From a virus: 64,000 bases of DNA. Position numbers and translations under genes: made by a program. The stretch's first letter is position 1. Each line of letters opens with the position of its first letter. The notes beneath the pieces are model-generated. The model saw only the letters and a list, made by a program, of their open reading frames with translations. It ran no database searches and was not told where the DNA came from. Below, piece after piece: positions 27,890 through 36,487 of this stretch. Location: the IMG/VR virus record IMGVR_UViG_3300025298_000103, positions 6,642 to 70,641 of that record; one strand, 5' to 3'.

Positions 27890-28312
27890 ATGGAAGATTT
27901 TCTGCGGTCCTGCCAAAGCGCCGTGCTGGACAACGAGGCCAAGGCCCTGGCGGCAAAGATGGGTGTTCCCCACGTCAGCCTGCTGCAGCGCGCCAATCCG
28001 GATAACGACGCCCACCACCTGACGGTTGAGCACCTGTTCGGGATTTTGCTGCACACCGGCGATATGCGCCCGCTCGCAGCCCTGGCCAATGATTTTGGTT
28101 TTGACCTGGTAGCGCGAATTCCCCCTAAACCCCAGGCCCTGACCAAGTCTCTGATCAATGTAGGCAAGGAAGTGGCTGACCTGACGATCGCGGTACACGA
28201 AGCCCTGGGCGACAACCACGTCAGTGCTTTCGAGAAATCCCTGATACGCCAAGAGATCGACCATGTCCGCCACAGCCTCGACGTGATGGATGCGTCGGTA
28301 AAGGCCGCTTGA
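27890..28312 (+). CDS. CII-family regulatory protein
   Basis: LAAKMG...RANPDNDAHHLT; position after cro. Confidence 0.75.
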   Translation: MEDFLRSCQSAVLDNEAKALAAKMGVPHVSLLQRANPDNDAHHLTVEHLFGILLHTGDMRPLAALANDFGFDLVARIPPKPQALTKSLINVGKEVADLTIAVHEALGDNHVSAFEKSLIRQEIDHVRHSLDVMDASVKAA

Positions 28313-28313
28313 A

Positions 28314-29288
28314 ATGCAATTCACCATCACAATCAATCAGGTGAAAGCGCTCGAGTGGGGGCTGAATTCTCAGCAGGCCCTGCTGTTCGCCTTCATCTAC
28401 GGCTGTCCGAGCTGGACCAAGCCGGTTAAGACCGACGATGGAATCTTCTTCGCGCTGAGCAAGGCCAAGATCGTCGAGGAACTGCCGCTTCTCACCGACA
28501 AGCCAGACACTGCCTATCGCATGCTGAAGGTCCTGGATGAGGTAGGTTTAATCGAGCTTTCCAGCACTTCCAATATCACGCTTTTCCGGCTGACCGAAAA
28601 GGCCATCGAGTGGAACCAGAAGCTTGATGGGTCGGAAAAATATCCGACCCCAATAGAAAACAAAGGTCGGAAAAAAATCCGATCTACCTCGGAAAAATCT
28701 CCGAGCAAGGTCGGAAAAAAATCCGGGCTAGGGTCGGAAAAAAATCCGACAAATCAGGATACCAATCATCAGGATACCAATCAGGGTACAAGTCAGGACT
28801 TGCAGAACGGTCCGGGCAAGCCCGCACCGTCCGGTGGCTTGGTGGTTCTGGATCGCCTCGAAACGCCGCGGGTAGAAATTCCGGCCGACATGCCAGGCCC
28901 AAAGGACCCATCCTGCAAAACCTTCAAGGTTTGGGCGAATTACGCCATGGCCTACCGCAAGCGCTACAGCACATGGCCTGTGTGGAACGCCAAGGTCGGC
29001 AAGCAGATGACCCAGCTTGTGGATCGCCTCGGCGCCGATGTTGCTCACCACGTCGCCGCTCATTTCCTGAAAACCAGTGACGCTTCCATTCTCCGCAAGT
29101 GCCACAGCCTCAACGAGCTGCTGGCCAACGCCGAGAGTTACCACACCCAGTGGATTACTGGTCAGCGCATCAACGGGACAACTGCCCGCCAGATGGAGCG
29201 TACCGAAGCGAACCTCTCCGCAGCAGAGCAGGCCGCCCAGATGGTTCTGGCCAAGCGCCAAGCAGGTGACCGCAATGAATACCTCTGA
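28314..29288 (+). CDS. Phage replication initiator
   Basis: N-terminal wHTH-like region; repeated SEK peptides encoded by TCGGAAAAA iteron-like repeats (28633-28745). Confidence 0.78.
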   Translation: MQFTITINQVKALEWGLNSQQALLFAFIYGCPSWTKPVKTDDGIFFALSKAKIVEELPLLTDKPDTAYRMLKVLDEVGLIELSSTSNITLFRLTEKAIEWNQKLDGSEKYPTPIENKGRKKIRSTSEKSPSKVGKKSGLGSEKNPTNQDTNHQDTNQGTSQDLQNGPGKPAPSGGLVVLDRLETPRVEIPADMPGPKDPSCKTFKVWANYAMAYRKRYSTWPVWNAKVGKQMTQLVDRLGADVAHHVAAHFLKTSDASILRKCHSLNELLANAESYHTQWITGQRINGTTARQMERTEANLSAAEQAAQMVLAKRQAGDRNEYL

Positions 29289-30069
29289 AATGAACGATCA
29301 GCAGGTAGCCGGGCTGGCGTCCGCGATTTGCGCCACTGCCGAGGCCATGGGGCAGGAAATGAACCCTGGAACTGCGGCGATGATGGCGGAGGACCTGTGC
29401 GCGTACCCGGTACCCATCGTCAAGGCCGCACTGAAGGCCTGTCGCTTCGAGGTGAAGGGCAAGCTCGCCATGGCGGACATCCTGTCGCGCGTGCAACTCA
29501 AGGATGGCCGCCCAGGGAAAGATGAGGCCTGGTCGATCGCGCTGCTCGCTAGTGACGAGATCGAAACCGTAGTGATGACGGCCGAGATCCAGCAGGCCAT
29601 GACCGCTGCTGCTCCGATCCTGCGGCTTGGTGACAAGGTGGGCGCACGTATGGCGTTCAACAGCGCCTACGACCGCTTGGTGGCAACGGCTCGGGCAGAA
29701 GCCATTCCAACTGCCTGGAGCGTCTCCCTTGGATTCGACCCAGGGCGCCGGGTCATCGCCATAGAGTCAGCGGTCCGGATGCAGCTGATCACTCAGCAGT
29801 CCGCCACCCAGTACTTGGCAGATCTCAGCATCGCCCCAATCACCGCCGACGGCCAGGCCATTGCTGGGCTGCTCACCGGATCCCCAGCGAATCCGTCGCC
29901 ACATCTTCGCGAAAGGCTCGCCGAAGTCCGCCAGATCGTGGATGCGGCAAAAGCACGCAATGACCGTCAGCGGCTGAAGAAGGCCCAGGCTGATCGTGTC
30001 GACACTTATCTGCGCAAGCGCAAGGCTCGCGAGGCCATTGCTGCAGTGCAGCACAGGGAGAGTTTCTGA
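29275..30069 (+). CDS. Replication accessory protein (helicase-loader position)
   Basis: Overlaps the initiator; DGRPGKDEAW, GDKVGARMAF. Confidence 0.65.
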   Translation: MNTSEMNDQQVAGLASAICATAEAMGQEMNPGTAAMMAEDLCAYPVPIVKAALKACRFEVKGKLAMADILSRVQLKDGRPGKDEAWSIALLASDEIETVVMTAEIQQAMTAAAPILRLGDKVGARMAFNSAYDRLVATARAEAIPTAWSVSLGFDPGRRVIAIESAVRMQLITQQSATQYLADLSIAPITADGQAIAGLLTGSPANPSPHLRERLAEVRQIVDAAKARNDRQRLKKAQADRVDTYLRKRKAREAIAAVQHRESF

Positions 30070-30560
30070 TGAGCGAAATCACGAGAGTTGCAATCGGAAT
30101 GCCGTTTGAGATGGCGATGAGCAGCGAGTTGTCTCGCCGCCAGTTCCATTCCGTCGCCCAAGCGTTGTTGGCGGAGCGCGACCAGCTCAATGCCGGCTTC
30201 AAAAACTTCCACCGCAGCCTCTGCGAGCGCTTCGGTTACTACCACGACGATATCGACTGGCAGCGTGACCAGGTTTCGCTGGAAGAGCACATAGCCGCCC
30301 AGTTTGGCCACGTCAGCGCGGAGAACAGTTCGCTGCGCAGCCAGATGGAGGCTGTACAGCGCGGTGCCGGCCAGCTCGCGGAGGAGAACGAGGCGCTGCG
30401 CAAGCTTTCGGGCGACACCGGTAATGAGCTGAGAAAGGCTTCCAGCTGGATCTGTCGAGAAGTTGAAGCCGGAACCCAGTCTGCAACCCATTGGGCAATT
30501 CGTCTGCGCGAGAAGGCTGACCTGATCGACGCCGCTATGGGCAAGGGAGAGCGGTCATGA
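30069..30560 (+). CDS. Phage hypothetical coiled-coil protein
   Basis: Translationally coupled. Confidence 0.7.
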   Translation: MSEITRVAIGMPFEMAMSSELSRRQFHSVAQALLAERDQLNAGFKNFHRSLCERFGYYHDDIDWQRDQVSLEEHIAAQFGHVSAENSSLRSQMEAVQRGAGQLAEENEALRKLSGDTGNELRKASSWICREVEAGTQSATHWAIRLREKADLIDAAMGKGERS

Positions 30561-30880
30561 CTCAGCTCACCGAAGTCGAAAAGTGGATCAAGCGCAACAA
30601 CCGAAAAAAGCCAAAGCTGGTCCGCTCTGAAGGGATTAATCACTACATCGTGTACTTCGACAAGGGCAAAGCTCGGGTCGGAATCGTGCAGGACGGCATG
30701 TACAGCCGCTACGGGATCATGTGCTACGGCGCCATGCCCAACACTGACCCTTTCTACTGCTGGCAGGCCCAGCCCGGCGCATGCGGCGAGAGCGATGTGA
30801 AGGTGATGGTCGATTATCTCAATGGAGTGAGCGAACTGCCTGACTTCGACTTTGCGTCGATCAAGGGGGTTCGGCCATGA
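30557..30880 (+). CDS. Phage hypothetical protein
   Basis: ATGA overlaps on both sides. Confidence 0.7.
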   Translation: MTQLTEVEKWIKRNNRKKPKLVRSEGINHYIVYFDKGKARVGIVQDGMYSRYGIMCYGAMPNTDPFYCWQAQPGACGESDVKVMVDYLNGVSELPDFDFASIKGVRP

Positions 30881-31347
30881 CCGACAAGATCAGCGTCAAC
30901 TGCCCGGCCAAGCTCTCCGAGGCCATCACCAGGCTCAGCGCGATGTTCCGCGACAAGAAGTTCGTCGTGGTGTCCCTACGGCCCGGGAAGGACCGCACAC
31001 TCGACCAGAACCGGCTGTGGTTCGCGATGTACAAGCGCATCTCCGAGATGACCCAGATCGGCGATGCCGCCGACGCCCGCCAGTACTGCAAGTTGCACAT
31101 TGGCGTGCAGATCCTGCTGAACGAGGACGCCGGGTTCCAGGCCGAGTGGTACCGGGTGATGCGTCACCTGCCGTACGAAACGAAGCTGTCGATGATGGGC
31201 GGCTGCAAGCTGTTTGGCCCGGACGGGTTCCCAGTGACAAGCCTGTTCAATCGCGCCCAGGGCGTGGCGTACACCGACCGCATCGTCGCGCGCTTTGCTC
31301 CCCAGGGCGTGTACTTCGACGATCTGCTGAGCCAGGAGGCCGCATGA
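30877..31347 (+). CDS. NinB-like protein
   Basis: RTLDQNRLWFAM motif; precedes NinG. Confidence 0.6.
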   Translation: MTDKISVNCPAKLSEAITRLSAMFRDKKFVVVSLRPGKDRTLDQNRLWFAMYKRISEMTQIGDAADARQYCKLHIGVQILLNEDAGFQAEWYRVMRHLPYETKLSMMGGCKLFGPDGFPVTSLFNRAQGVAYTDRIVARFAPQGVYFDDLLSQEAA

Positions 31348-31946
31348 CGATCGAACGCAAGCAGCCGAAGCCGAAGAAATGCCGCGTCGCTACATGCAGG
31401 GCCTCATTCGTCCCTTCACGCCTGGGCCAGGCCGTATGCAGCCCGGCTTGCGCAATCATCGATGCGCCACGCAACCAGGAGAAGGCGCGCAAGTCGCTGG
31501 CCCAGGTCGAGCGCCGAGAGATCAAAGTCCGCAAGGAGAAGCTGAAGAGCAGGGCGGATCACTTGCGTGAAGCCCAGGCCGCGGTGAACGAGTACGTCCG
31601 CCTGCGTGATGCGCACCTGCCGTGCATTAGCTGTGACTCGATGCCGAACGACAGAGACCTCATGACCGGAAGCCGCTGGGATGCCGGCCACTACCGTTCT
31701 GTTGGCGCCTGCCCGGAGCTGCGCTTCGAGCTGCTGAACATCCACCGCCAGTGCGTGAAGTGCAATCGCAACCTGTCCGGCAATGCGGTCGAGTACCGGA
31801 TCCGGTTGGTGCGGCGCATCGGCGCTGAGCTGGTTGCATGGATCGAAGGGCCTCATCAGGCCCGCAAGTACACCATTGAAGAGATCAAGGCCATCAAGGC
31901 CGAGTACAGAGCCAAGATCAAGGAATTGAAGGGGGAAGCGGCATGA
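31344..31946 (+). CDS. ninG: NinG/Rap recombination endonuclease
   Basis: CSPACA, RLRD..LPCISC, WDAGHYRS, NIHRQCVKCN. Confidence 0.92.
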   Translation: MTIERKQPKPKKCRVATCRASFVPSRLGQAVCSPACAIIDAPRNQEKARKSLAQVERREIKVRKEKLKSRADHLREAQAAVNEYVRLRDAHLPCISCDSMPNDRDLMTGSRWDAGHYRSVGACPELRFELLNIHRQCVKCNRNLSGNAVEYRIRLVRRIGAELVAWIEGPHQARKYTIEEIKAIKAEYRAKIKELKGEAA

Positions 31947-32614
31947 TCTATCACAACGTGATTTCCGCGGTCGTGCGCGCCCTGGCGGCCGAGACCATCA
32001 ACAGCGCCGGTGGTTGCGACTTCGAGCCAAAGGTGCAGACCAGCAAGCTGAAAGGCGAGATCACCGGCAAGGACGCCGCGCTGCTGATCGACTGCATGGT
32101 GCACAAGGTGTTGCACGCCCAGCTGTCACCGCGGCACTGGAATGCGCTGACCGCCAAATACAGCACGCATAAGGGGCGCAAAGTCGAATCGATTGGCCGC
32201 CTGATCGCGGTACTGGTGAGCCCGGCGCCAATGCTGTTCACGCAGAAGGCTGTGACCGTGTGGGCCATACCGCAGGTGAAAGGGATGCGTCGCGAGGCTG
32301 TAAAGGCTGCGGCGCCTGTGCGTCGTGACGATGAAGAAAAGTGGGGATGGCGCAACGATGCGGCGCAGTTGGCAGTGGCCCGAGCAAATCAGCACTCGCA
32401 GCAGAAGGCGGAGACGAGATCGAGCGACATGATCGTCCTGGCCGACTCGAACTACGACATGAATACCTGGGACAACCAGGGACTGACAGAGCGCACGTAT
32501 CGTCGCTGGAACCAGGCGATCAAAGGTGCCTTGGAGAAGCTGGTAGACGAAGCTCTGGTAGAGGCTCAATCGCTTTTGGAGGACGCTGAGGTTCTGCCCA
32601 GCGAGGTGGCTTGA
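31943..32614 (+). CDS. Putative late antiterminator Q
   Basis: Position after ninG and before a promoter-terminator pair; C-terminal TERTYRRW helix. Confidence 0.6.
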   Translation: MIYHNVISAVVRALAAETINSAGGCDFEPKVQTSKLKGEITGKDAALLIDCMVHKVLHAQLSPRHWNALTAKYSTHKGRKVESIGRLIAVLVSPAPMLFTQKAVTVWAIPQVKGMRREAVKAAAPVRRDDEEKWGWRNDAAQLAVARANQHSQQKAETRSSDMIVLADSNYDMNTWDNQGLTERTYRRWNQAIKGALEKLVDEALVEAQSLLEDAEVLPSEVA

Positions 32615-32634
32615 AAAGAGCCCCTCAAAAGGGC

Positions 32635-32663
32635 TTGCAATTGATGTCCGCATGTCCGATTAT
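32635..32663 (+). promoter_or_regulatory. pR' late promoter with putative Q-binding repeat
   Basis: TTGCAA-N17-GATTAT; the spacer carries the direct repeat ATGTCCG-C-ATGTCCG. Confidence 0.6.
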
Positions 32664-32705
32664 TTCTCCATCCTGTCATTCCTGCGTGTGTAGGACTGAC
32701 AAACG

Positions 32706-32734
32706 AAACCCGGCCACCGCGCCGGGTTTTTTAT
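32706..32734 (+). terminator. tR' terminator
   Basis: AAACCCGGC-CACCGC-GCCGGGTTTTTT. Confidence 0.8.
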
Positions 32735-32798
32735 TGCCCAAATGCAGGCGAAAGACCGGAAAGACCCTCCTGCTCAATCGACGTTCGAGGCTCTACCG

Positions 32799-33038
32799 AT
32801 GACGCATATCACCCGCTGCAAAATGACTCTCCGCTCCAAAGGTCCTGTTCAGGGCTCGACCGAATCGCTAACCCGCCTGCACTTCGGTGCCGTGTGGTCA
32901 GCGAACCCGGCAGAAGAAGACGCGATCTATGGCAAGTACACACCGTACGGCGAGTACGTCGTGAACGTGGCTGCCGATCGCGCTGAGCATTTCGAAGAAG
33001 GTAAGGACTACTACTTCGATATCTCGCCAGCTTTCTGA
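32799..33038 (+). CDS. Small phage hypothetical protein
   Basis: 79 aa MTHITRCKM...KYTPYG...GKDYYFDISPAF; GAGG RBS. Confidence 0.7.
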   Translation: MTHITRCKMTLRSKGPVQGSTESLTRLHFGAVWSANPAEEDAIYGKYTPYGEYVVNVAADRAEHFEEGKDYYFDISPAF

Positions 33039-33043
33039 TTTAC

Positions 33044-33272
33044 CTGTAGCCAGAACAGCCCTCGGGAAGACCTGGACGTCGATAGCCGGATAGTGCGACG
33101 TACGGAATCAACACCGGCAGCCCGTGCACCCTGACCTCACATGCTTTCAGGGTGGTGCGAGGCCTGAGCAGCGAGACCGATGCAGTAGGGTGTCGGCGCA
33201 GCGATGGCTACGGCAGACGGCGGGAAAGACCGCGCACCTATTCAGGGCCTCAGCATTCGCTGGGGCCTTTTT
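33044..33272 (+). ncRNA. Candidate structured ncRNA with pseudoknot
   Basis: 9-bp closing stem, nested hairpins, crossing stems and a downstream terminator (see findings). Confidence 0.55.
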
Positions 33273-33367
33273 GTTTTGGGCTATGCCCGGGCTAGCGCAG
33301 GCCCTTTTTAATCCCCCGTGGGCTCAATTTTTCCAGGTGGCTCGGAGCATGATGGGATGAAGTGATC

Positions 33368-33784
33368 TTAAGGCAGGGACTTGAGCAGAGTGTGCCGAGT
33401 GAAGTGGCCGACATAATTCGGTAGGGTGCTTATTGGTACATAGTTCAACCTTAGATAGAGTTGAAACGCTTGATCATTCAGCGTTTCGATTAGCGCATCA
33501 GTACATCCTCGGCTGCTACCTAGTGCCTCAAGCCTTTTTAGAATCTCCGTACCTATACCCTGAGCTCTGTGTTGCTCATCAACCCACAGGTATTGAACAT
33601 AGAGACGGTTGAACTCGGTCCTTCCTGTACCACCCGCAATAACTGATCCGTCCTTATAAACAAGACAGGCTATAGGCGTCGCATTACCAGCGACTGCTAG
33701 TGCTCGCCCGTGTTTGAGAACCCCGTCGCTGACCTTGCGTAACTCGGATTCGTCGAGATTGTTGCCTATACGCCATTCAAGCAT
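33368..33784 (-). CDS. GNAT acetyltransferase moron
   Basis: LYVQYLWVDEQHRAQGIGTEIL acetyl-CoA motif; QAFQLYLRLNY. Confidence 0.88.
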   Translation of the reverse strand: MLEWRIGNNLDESELRKVSDGVLKHGRALAVAGNATPIACLVYKDGSVIAGGTGRTEFNRLYVQYLWVDEQHRAQGIGTEILKRLEALGSSRGCTDALIETLNDQAFQLYLRLNYVPISTLPNYVGHFTRHTLLKSLP

Positions 33785-33887
33785 TTCTTACACCCTGTAC
33801 TTGAAAACTCCGCGAACGATAGCACGGAGTCACATGCCCGCCGCTGAGCAGGTTTTTTCCCCAACTCCCTGACGGGGAGGAACCGAG

Positions 33888-34220
33888 ATGCCGAACATGC
33901 CTGATAAACCAGATACCTGGCTGCTCGTCCTTGCGTGGCTGAGCCAGCACGCGCCGACGATCTATGCCGGAGCGCTGTCGTTCGTAGTGGGTGCGCTACG
34001 CATCATCTACGGCGGTGGGACTCGGCGCCAGGCGCTGCTCGAGGCCTGTCTCTGCACCCTGATCACCATTGGGCTGATACCGCTGCTCGAGTATTTCGGG
34101 TTGCCGCAGAGCTTTGCCACTCCGGCTGGCGTGTTCATCGGCTTCCTCGGTGTGAAGAAGATCGCTGAACTGGCTGATCGGTTCGCTGACTTCAAGTTGC
34201 CGAGTCGAAAGGCAGAGTAG
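33888..34220 (+). CDS. Holin (lambda S-like family)
   Basis: 110 aa, three TM segments, basic C-terminus, MPDKPDTW start. Confidence 0.85.
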   Translation: MPNMPDKPDTWLLVLAWLSQHAPTIYAGALSFVVGALRIIYGGGTRRQALLEACLCTLITIGLIPLLEYFGLPQSFATPAGVFIGFLGVKKIAELADRFADFKLPSRKAE

Positions 34221-34224
34221 GCCC

Positions 34225-34521
34225 ATGGACTACATCATCGGCGGAAACCACTACTCCGCGAGTTATCAGGACCTGCGCGAGGAGCACGCCCGGTTCGCCG
34301 GCATGACCGACAAGCGCTTCCTGAAGGAACTGCCCGCGGCGCTGCACTTCGCTGTGTTCGTGTGCTGGTTCAAGGAGCTGCCGTCGAGCCAGGTCCTGTC
34401 GGATGAAGGGATCGTTCACCAGCTGGCCCACCTGATCCACTTGAGGGGCGAGCCACTGGTGATGACCAGGCTTGGCGAGATCCGCGAGTTGTTCAACAAG
34501 CAGCTGCAGCTAGCAGCGTAG
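34225..34521 (+). CDS. Phage hypothetical protein
   Basis: 98 aa with phage-like codon usage, directly after the holin. Confidence 0.7.
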   Translation: MDYIIGGNHYSASYQDLREEHARFAGMTDKRFLKELPAALHFAVFVCWFKELPSSQVLSDEGIVHQLAHLIHLRGEPLVMTRLGEIRELFNKQLQLAA

Positions 34522-34581
34522 GTCGCGACACGTTTCGCGAATCATCAAATTGTGTCGCGTCATGCGGCAAAGGAGAAAGGC

Positions 34582-34869
34582 ATGAGCAGTGGTTACTCGA
34601 ACCCGGTTTGCAAAGGCGATTGGGCGCTGGGCTCTGCGTGCGGTCGGTGCGAGCGCTGTGTAGCGGGTCGTCCTGGTACAGCCAGCGTCACGCGCTTACA
34701 CCATGTCTTGCCGATAAGCACAGACGTCAGCAAGGCTCTGACTGATCTGGATGGCGCGATCGCCAAGGCCATCGATGCTGCCAAGGCTGCTGGTCTGCCC
34801 CAGGGCCTGATCGTCGCAGAGCTGCATGGGCATGCCCACGCACAGACCCACAGCATGGTAATTCGATGA
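34582..34869 (+). CDS. Phage hypothetical protein (CxxC)
   Basis: AAGGAG RBS; ALGSACGRCERC. Confidence 0.6.
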   Translation: MSSGYSNPVCKGDWALGSACGRCERCVAGRPGTASVTRLHHVLPISTDVSKALTDLDGAIAKAIDAAKAAGLPQGLIVAELHGHAHAQTHSMVIR

Positions 34870-35057
34870 CCGCAGACATCCATGACATCGCTGACCAGCG
34901 CCCGCACCTGACGGTTGCGGCTGATGACGGTGTCCATGTGCTGCCCTGCGACCTGGTGCGCTCGGTGATCGCCGGCGACAAACCATCAGTCAGCCTGACT
35001 GAGCAGGTTCTGCGCCGGATCATTGAAGAGTGGTTCGAAAAGGTGACGGCGCAGTAG
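34866..35057 (+). CDS. Phage hypothetical protein
   Basis: ATGA overlap; 63 aa. Confidence 0.6.
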   Translation: MTADIHDIADQRPHLTVAADDGVHVLPCDLVRSVIAGDKPSVSLTEQVLRRIIEEWFEKVTAQ

Positions 35058-35087
35058 GTGTGCCGCAGGTGGGTGCGGCACTTTGTG

Positions 35088-35297
35088 TTACCGAACTTCA
35101 AGCGCTTGCTGAATGAGATCAGCGTACGAAGAAAGACGCTTCAATTCCTCATCAAGGATTGTAGAGCGCTCCGGCGAGTTGCCAACTTTTGCCTGGATAA
35201 GTACCAGGGCGGCTGCCACTGCTGCTTCTCGAGCATCTGCCGGGGTCTCGCTGTTGTACCCGTCGCGGGCGCGTAGGTTCTTAAAAAACTCAGACAT
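35088..35297 (-). CDS. Small antisense-oriented moron
   Basis: MSEFFKNL...YADLIQQALEVR, 69 aa. Confidence 0.6.
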   Translation of the reverse strand: MSEFFKNLRARDGYNSETPADAREAAVAAALVLIQAKVGNSPERSTILDEELKRLSSYADLIQQALEVR

Positions 35298-35370
35298 CTC
35301 AGTTGCCTCTGGGTGATTGGATCCATACCAATACCGGCAAGCCGCCACTATTTCAAGCTCAAGGTGATCC

Positions 35371-35994
35371 ATGGATAGGCCATACCCTCCATCGTCACTG
35401 CTTGAGCTGTCCGATCTATCCGACTTTGGTATCCGCCTCATCCCTGCACCCAAGGTATGGGAATGGCTACAGGCGGAGATCCTTGCCGAAACCGGCAGCA
35501 TCCATAACGAAGACCACGCCCACCTGCTGGATGCAGACATTCAGGTAATGTGGGCCTCTTCCAGCTTCGAGAAGCAGGGGCGCCGAGTGCTTGGTCAGGC
35601 CGAGCAAGTGGCGTTCCGTGCTGGTGGTTGGCAGAAAGCCCGGATGGAACAGCAGATGCGTGACTGGTTCGGCGATGTGCCGGCTTTCATCATCACCTTG
35701 GCTGCCGACTACTGTGCCCAGTGCTCCGACGCTGAGTTCTGCGCGCTGGTTGAGCACGAGCTCTATCACATTGCCCAGGCCACCGATAAGTACGGTCAGC
35801 CGGCCTTCACTAAAGAAGGCGCTCCCAAGCTGAAGCTACGCGGACACGACGTCGAGGAGTTCATCGGCGTGGTCCGGCGCTACGGTGCAAGCCGAGAAGT
35901 GCAGGCCCTGGTGGACGCCGCAAACAATCCTGCCGAGGTGGGGAAATTGAATATATCGAGGGCCTGCGGAACCTGTCTGCTCAAGTCGGCCTGA
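35371..35994 (+). CDS. Putative phage metallopeptidase
   Basis: LVEHELYH (HExxH) and GHDVEEF. Confidence 0.85.
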   Translation: MDRPYPPSSLLELSDLSDFGIRLIPAPKVWEWLQAEILAETGSIHNEDHAHLLDADIQVMWASSSFEKQGRRVLGQAEQVAFRAGGWQKARMEQQMRDWFGDVPAFIITLAADYCAQCSDAEFCALVEHELYHIAQATDKYGQPAFTKEGAPKLKLRGHDVEEFIGVVRRYGASREVQALVDAANNPAEVGKLNISRACGTCLLKSA

Positions 35995-36025
35995 TTCTGG
36001 ACAGGCTCTGGACGGATGAAAATCT

Positions 36026-36487
36026 ATGGCAGCCCTTCAAAACGACGTGAAGGCCTTTATTGTTCAGGCCCTGGCGTGCTTTGACACGCCATCACAGGTG
36101 GTTGAAGCAGTCCAGAAAGAATATGGGTTGACGGTTACTCGCCAACAGGTGGAGACGCACGACCCAACCAAGACGTCAGGCAAAGGCCTGGCAGCCAAGT
36201 GGCAAACCCTTTTCCATGACACCCGCAAGCGCTTCCGCGAAGAGACGGCCGAGATCCCGATCGCCAACCGTGCGTTCCGGCTTCGCGCCATGAATCGCTT
36301 CGTGGAGAAGGCTGAGACGATGAAGAACATCGGCTTGGCTATGCAGATCCTGGAGCAGGCCGCGAAGGAGGTCGGCGACGTCTACGTGAATCGCCAACGG
36401 AAGGATGAGCCAGACGACGAGCCGGCGATCCCGACCCGAATCCAGGTCGACGTAGTGGATGCGAGGAAGCCGAATGCCGAGCCTTAA
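36026..36487 (+). CDS. Terminase small subunit (DUF2280-like)
   Basis: FIVQALACFDTPSQV, IPIANRAFRL; precedes the large subunit. Confidence 0.8.
   Translation: MAALQNDVKAFIVQALACFDTPSQVVEAVQKEYGLTVTRQQVETHDPTKTSGKGLAAKWQTLFHDTRKRFREETAEIPIANRAFRLRAMNRFVEKAETMKNIGLAMQILEQAAKEVGDVYVNRQRKDEPDDEPAIPTRIQVDVVDARKPNAEP

Noticed and set aside
33888-33899. Holin dual-start motif (MPNM)
   Set aside because: No basic residue between the two Met codons, unlike lambda S107/S105; unsupported.
34524-34559. CGCGACAC...GTGTCGCG inverted repeat as a packaging site
   Set aside because: The 8-bp repeat is real, but nothing in the sequence links it to cos/pac function.
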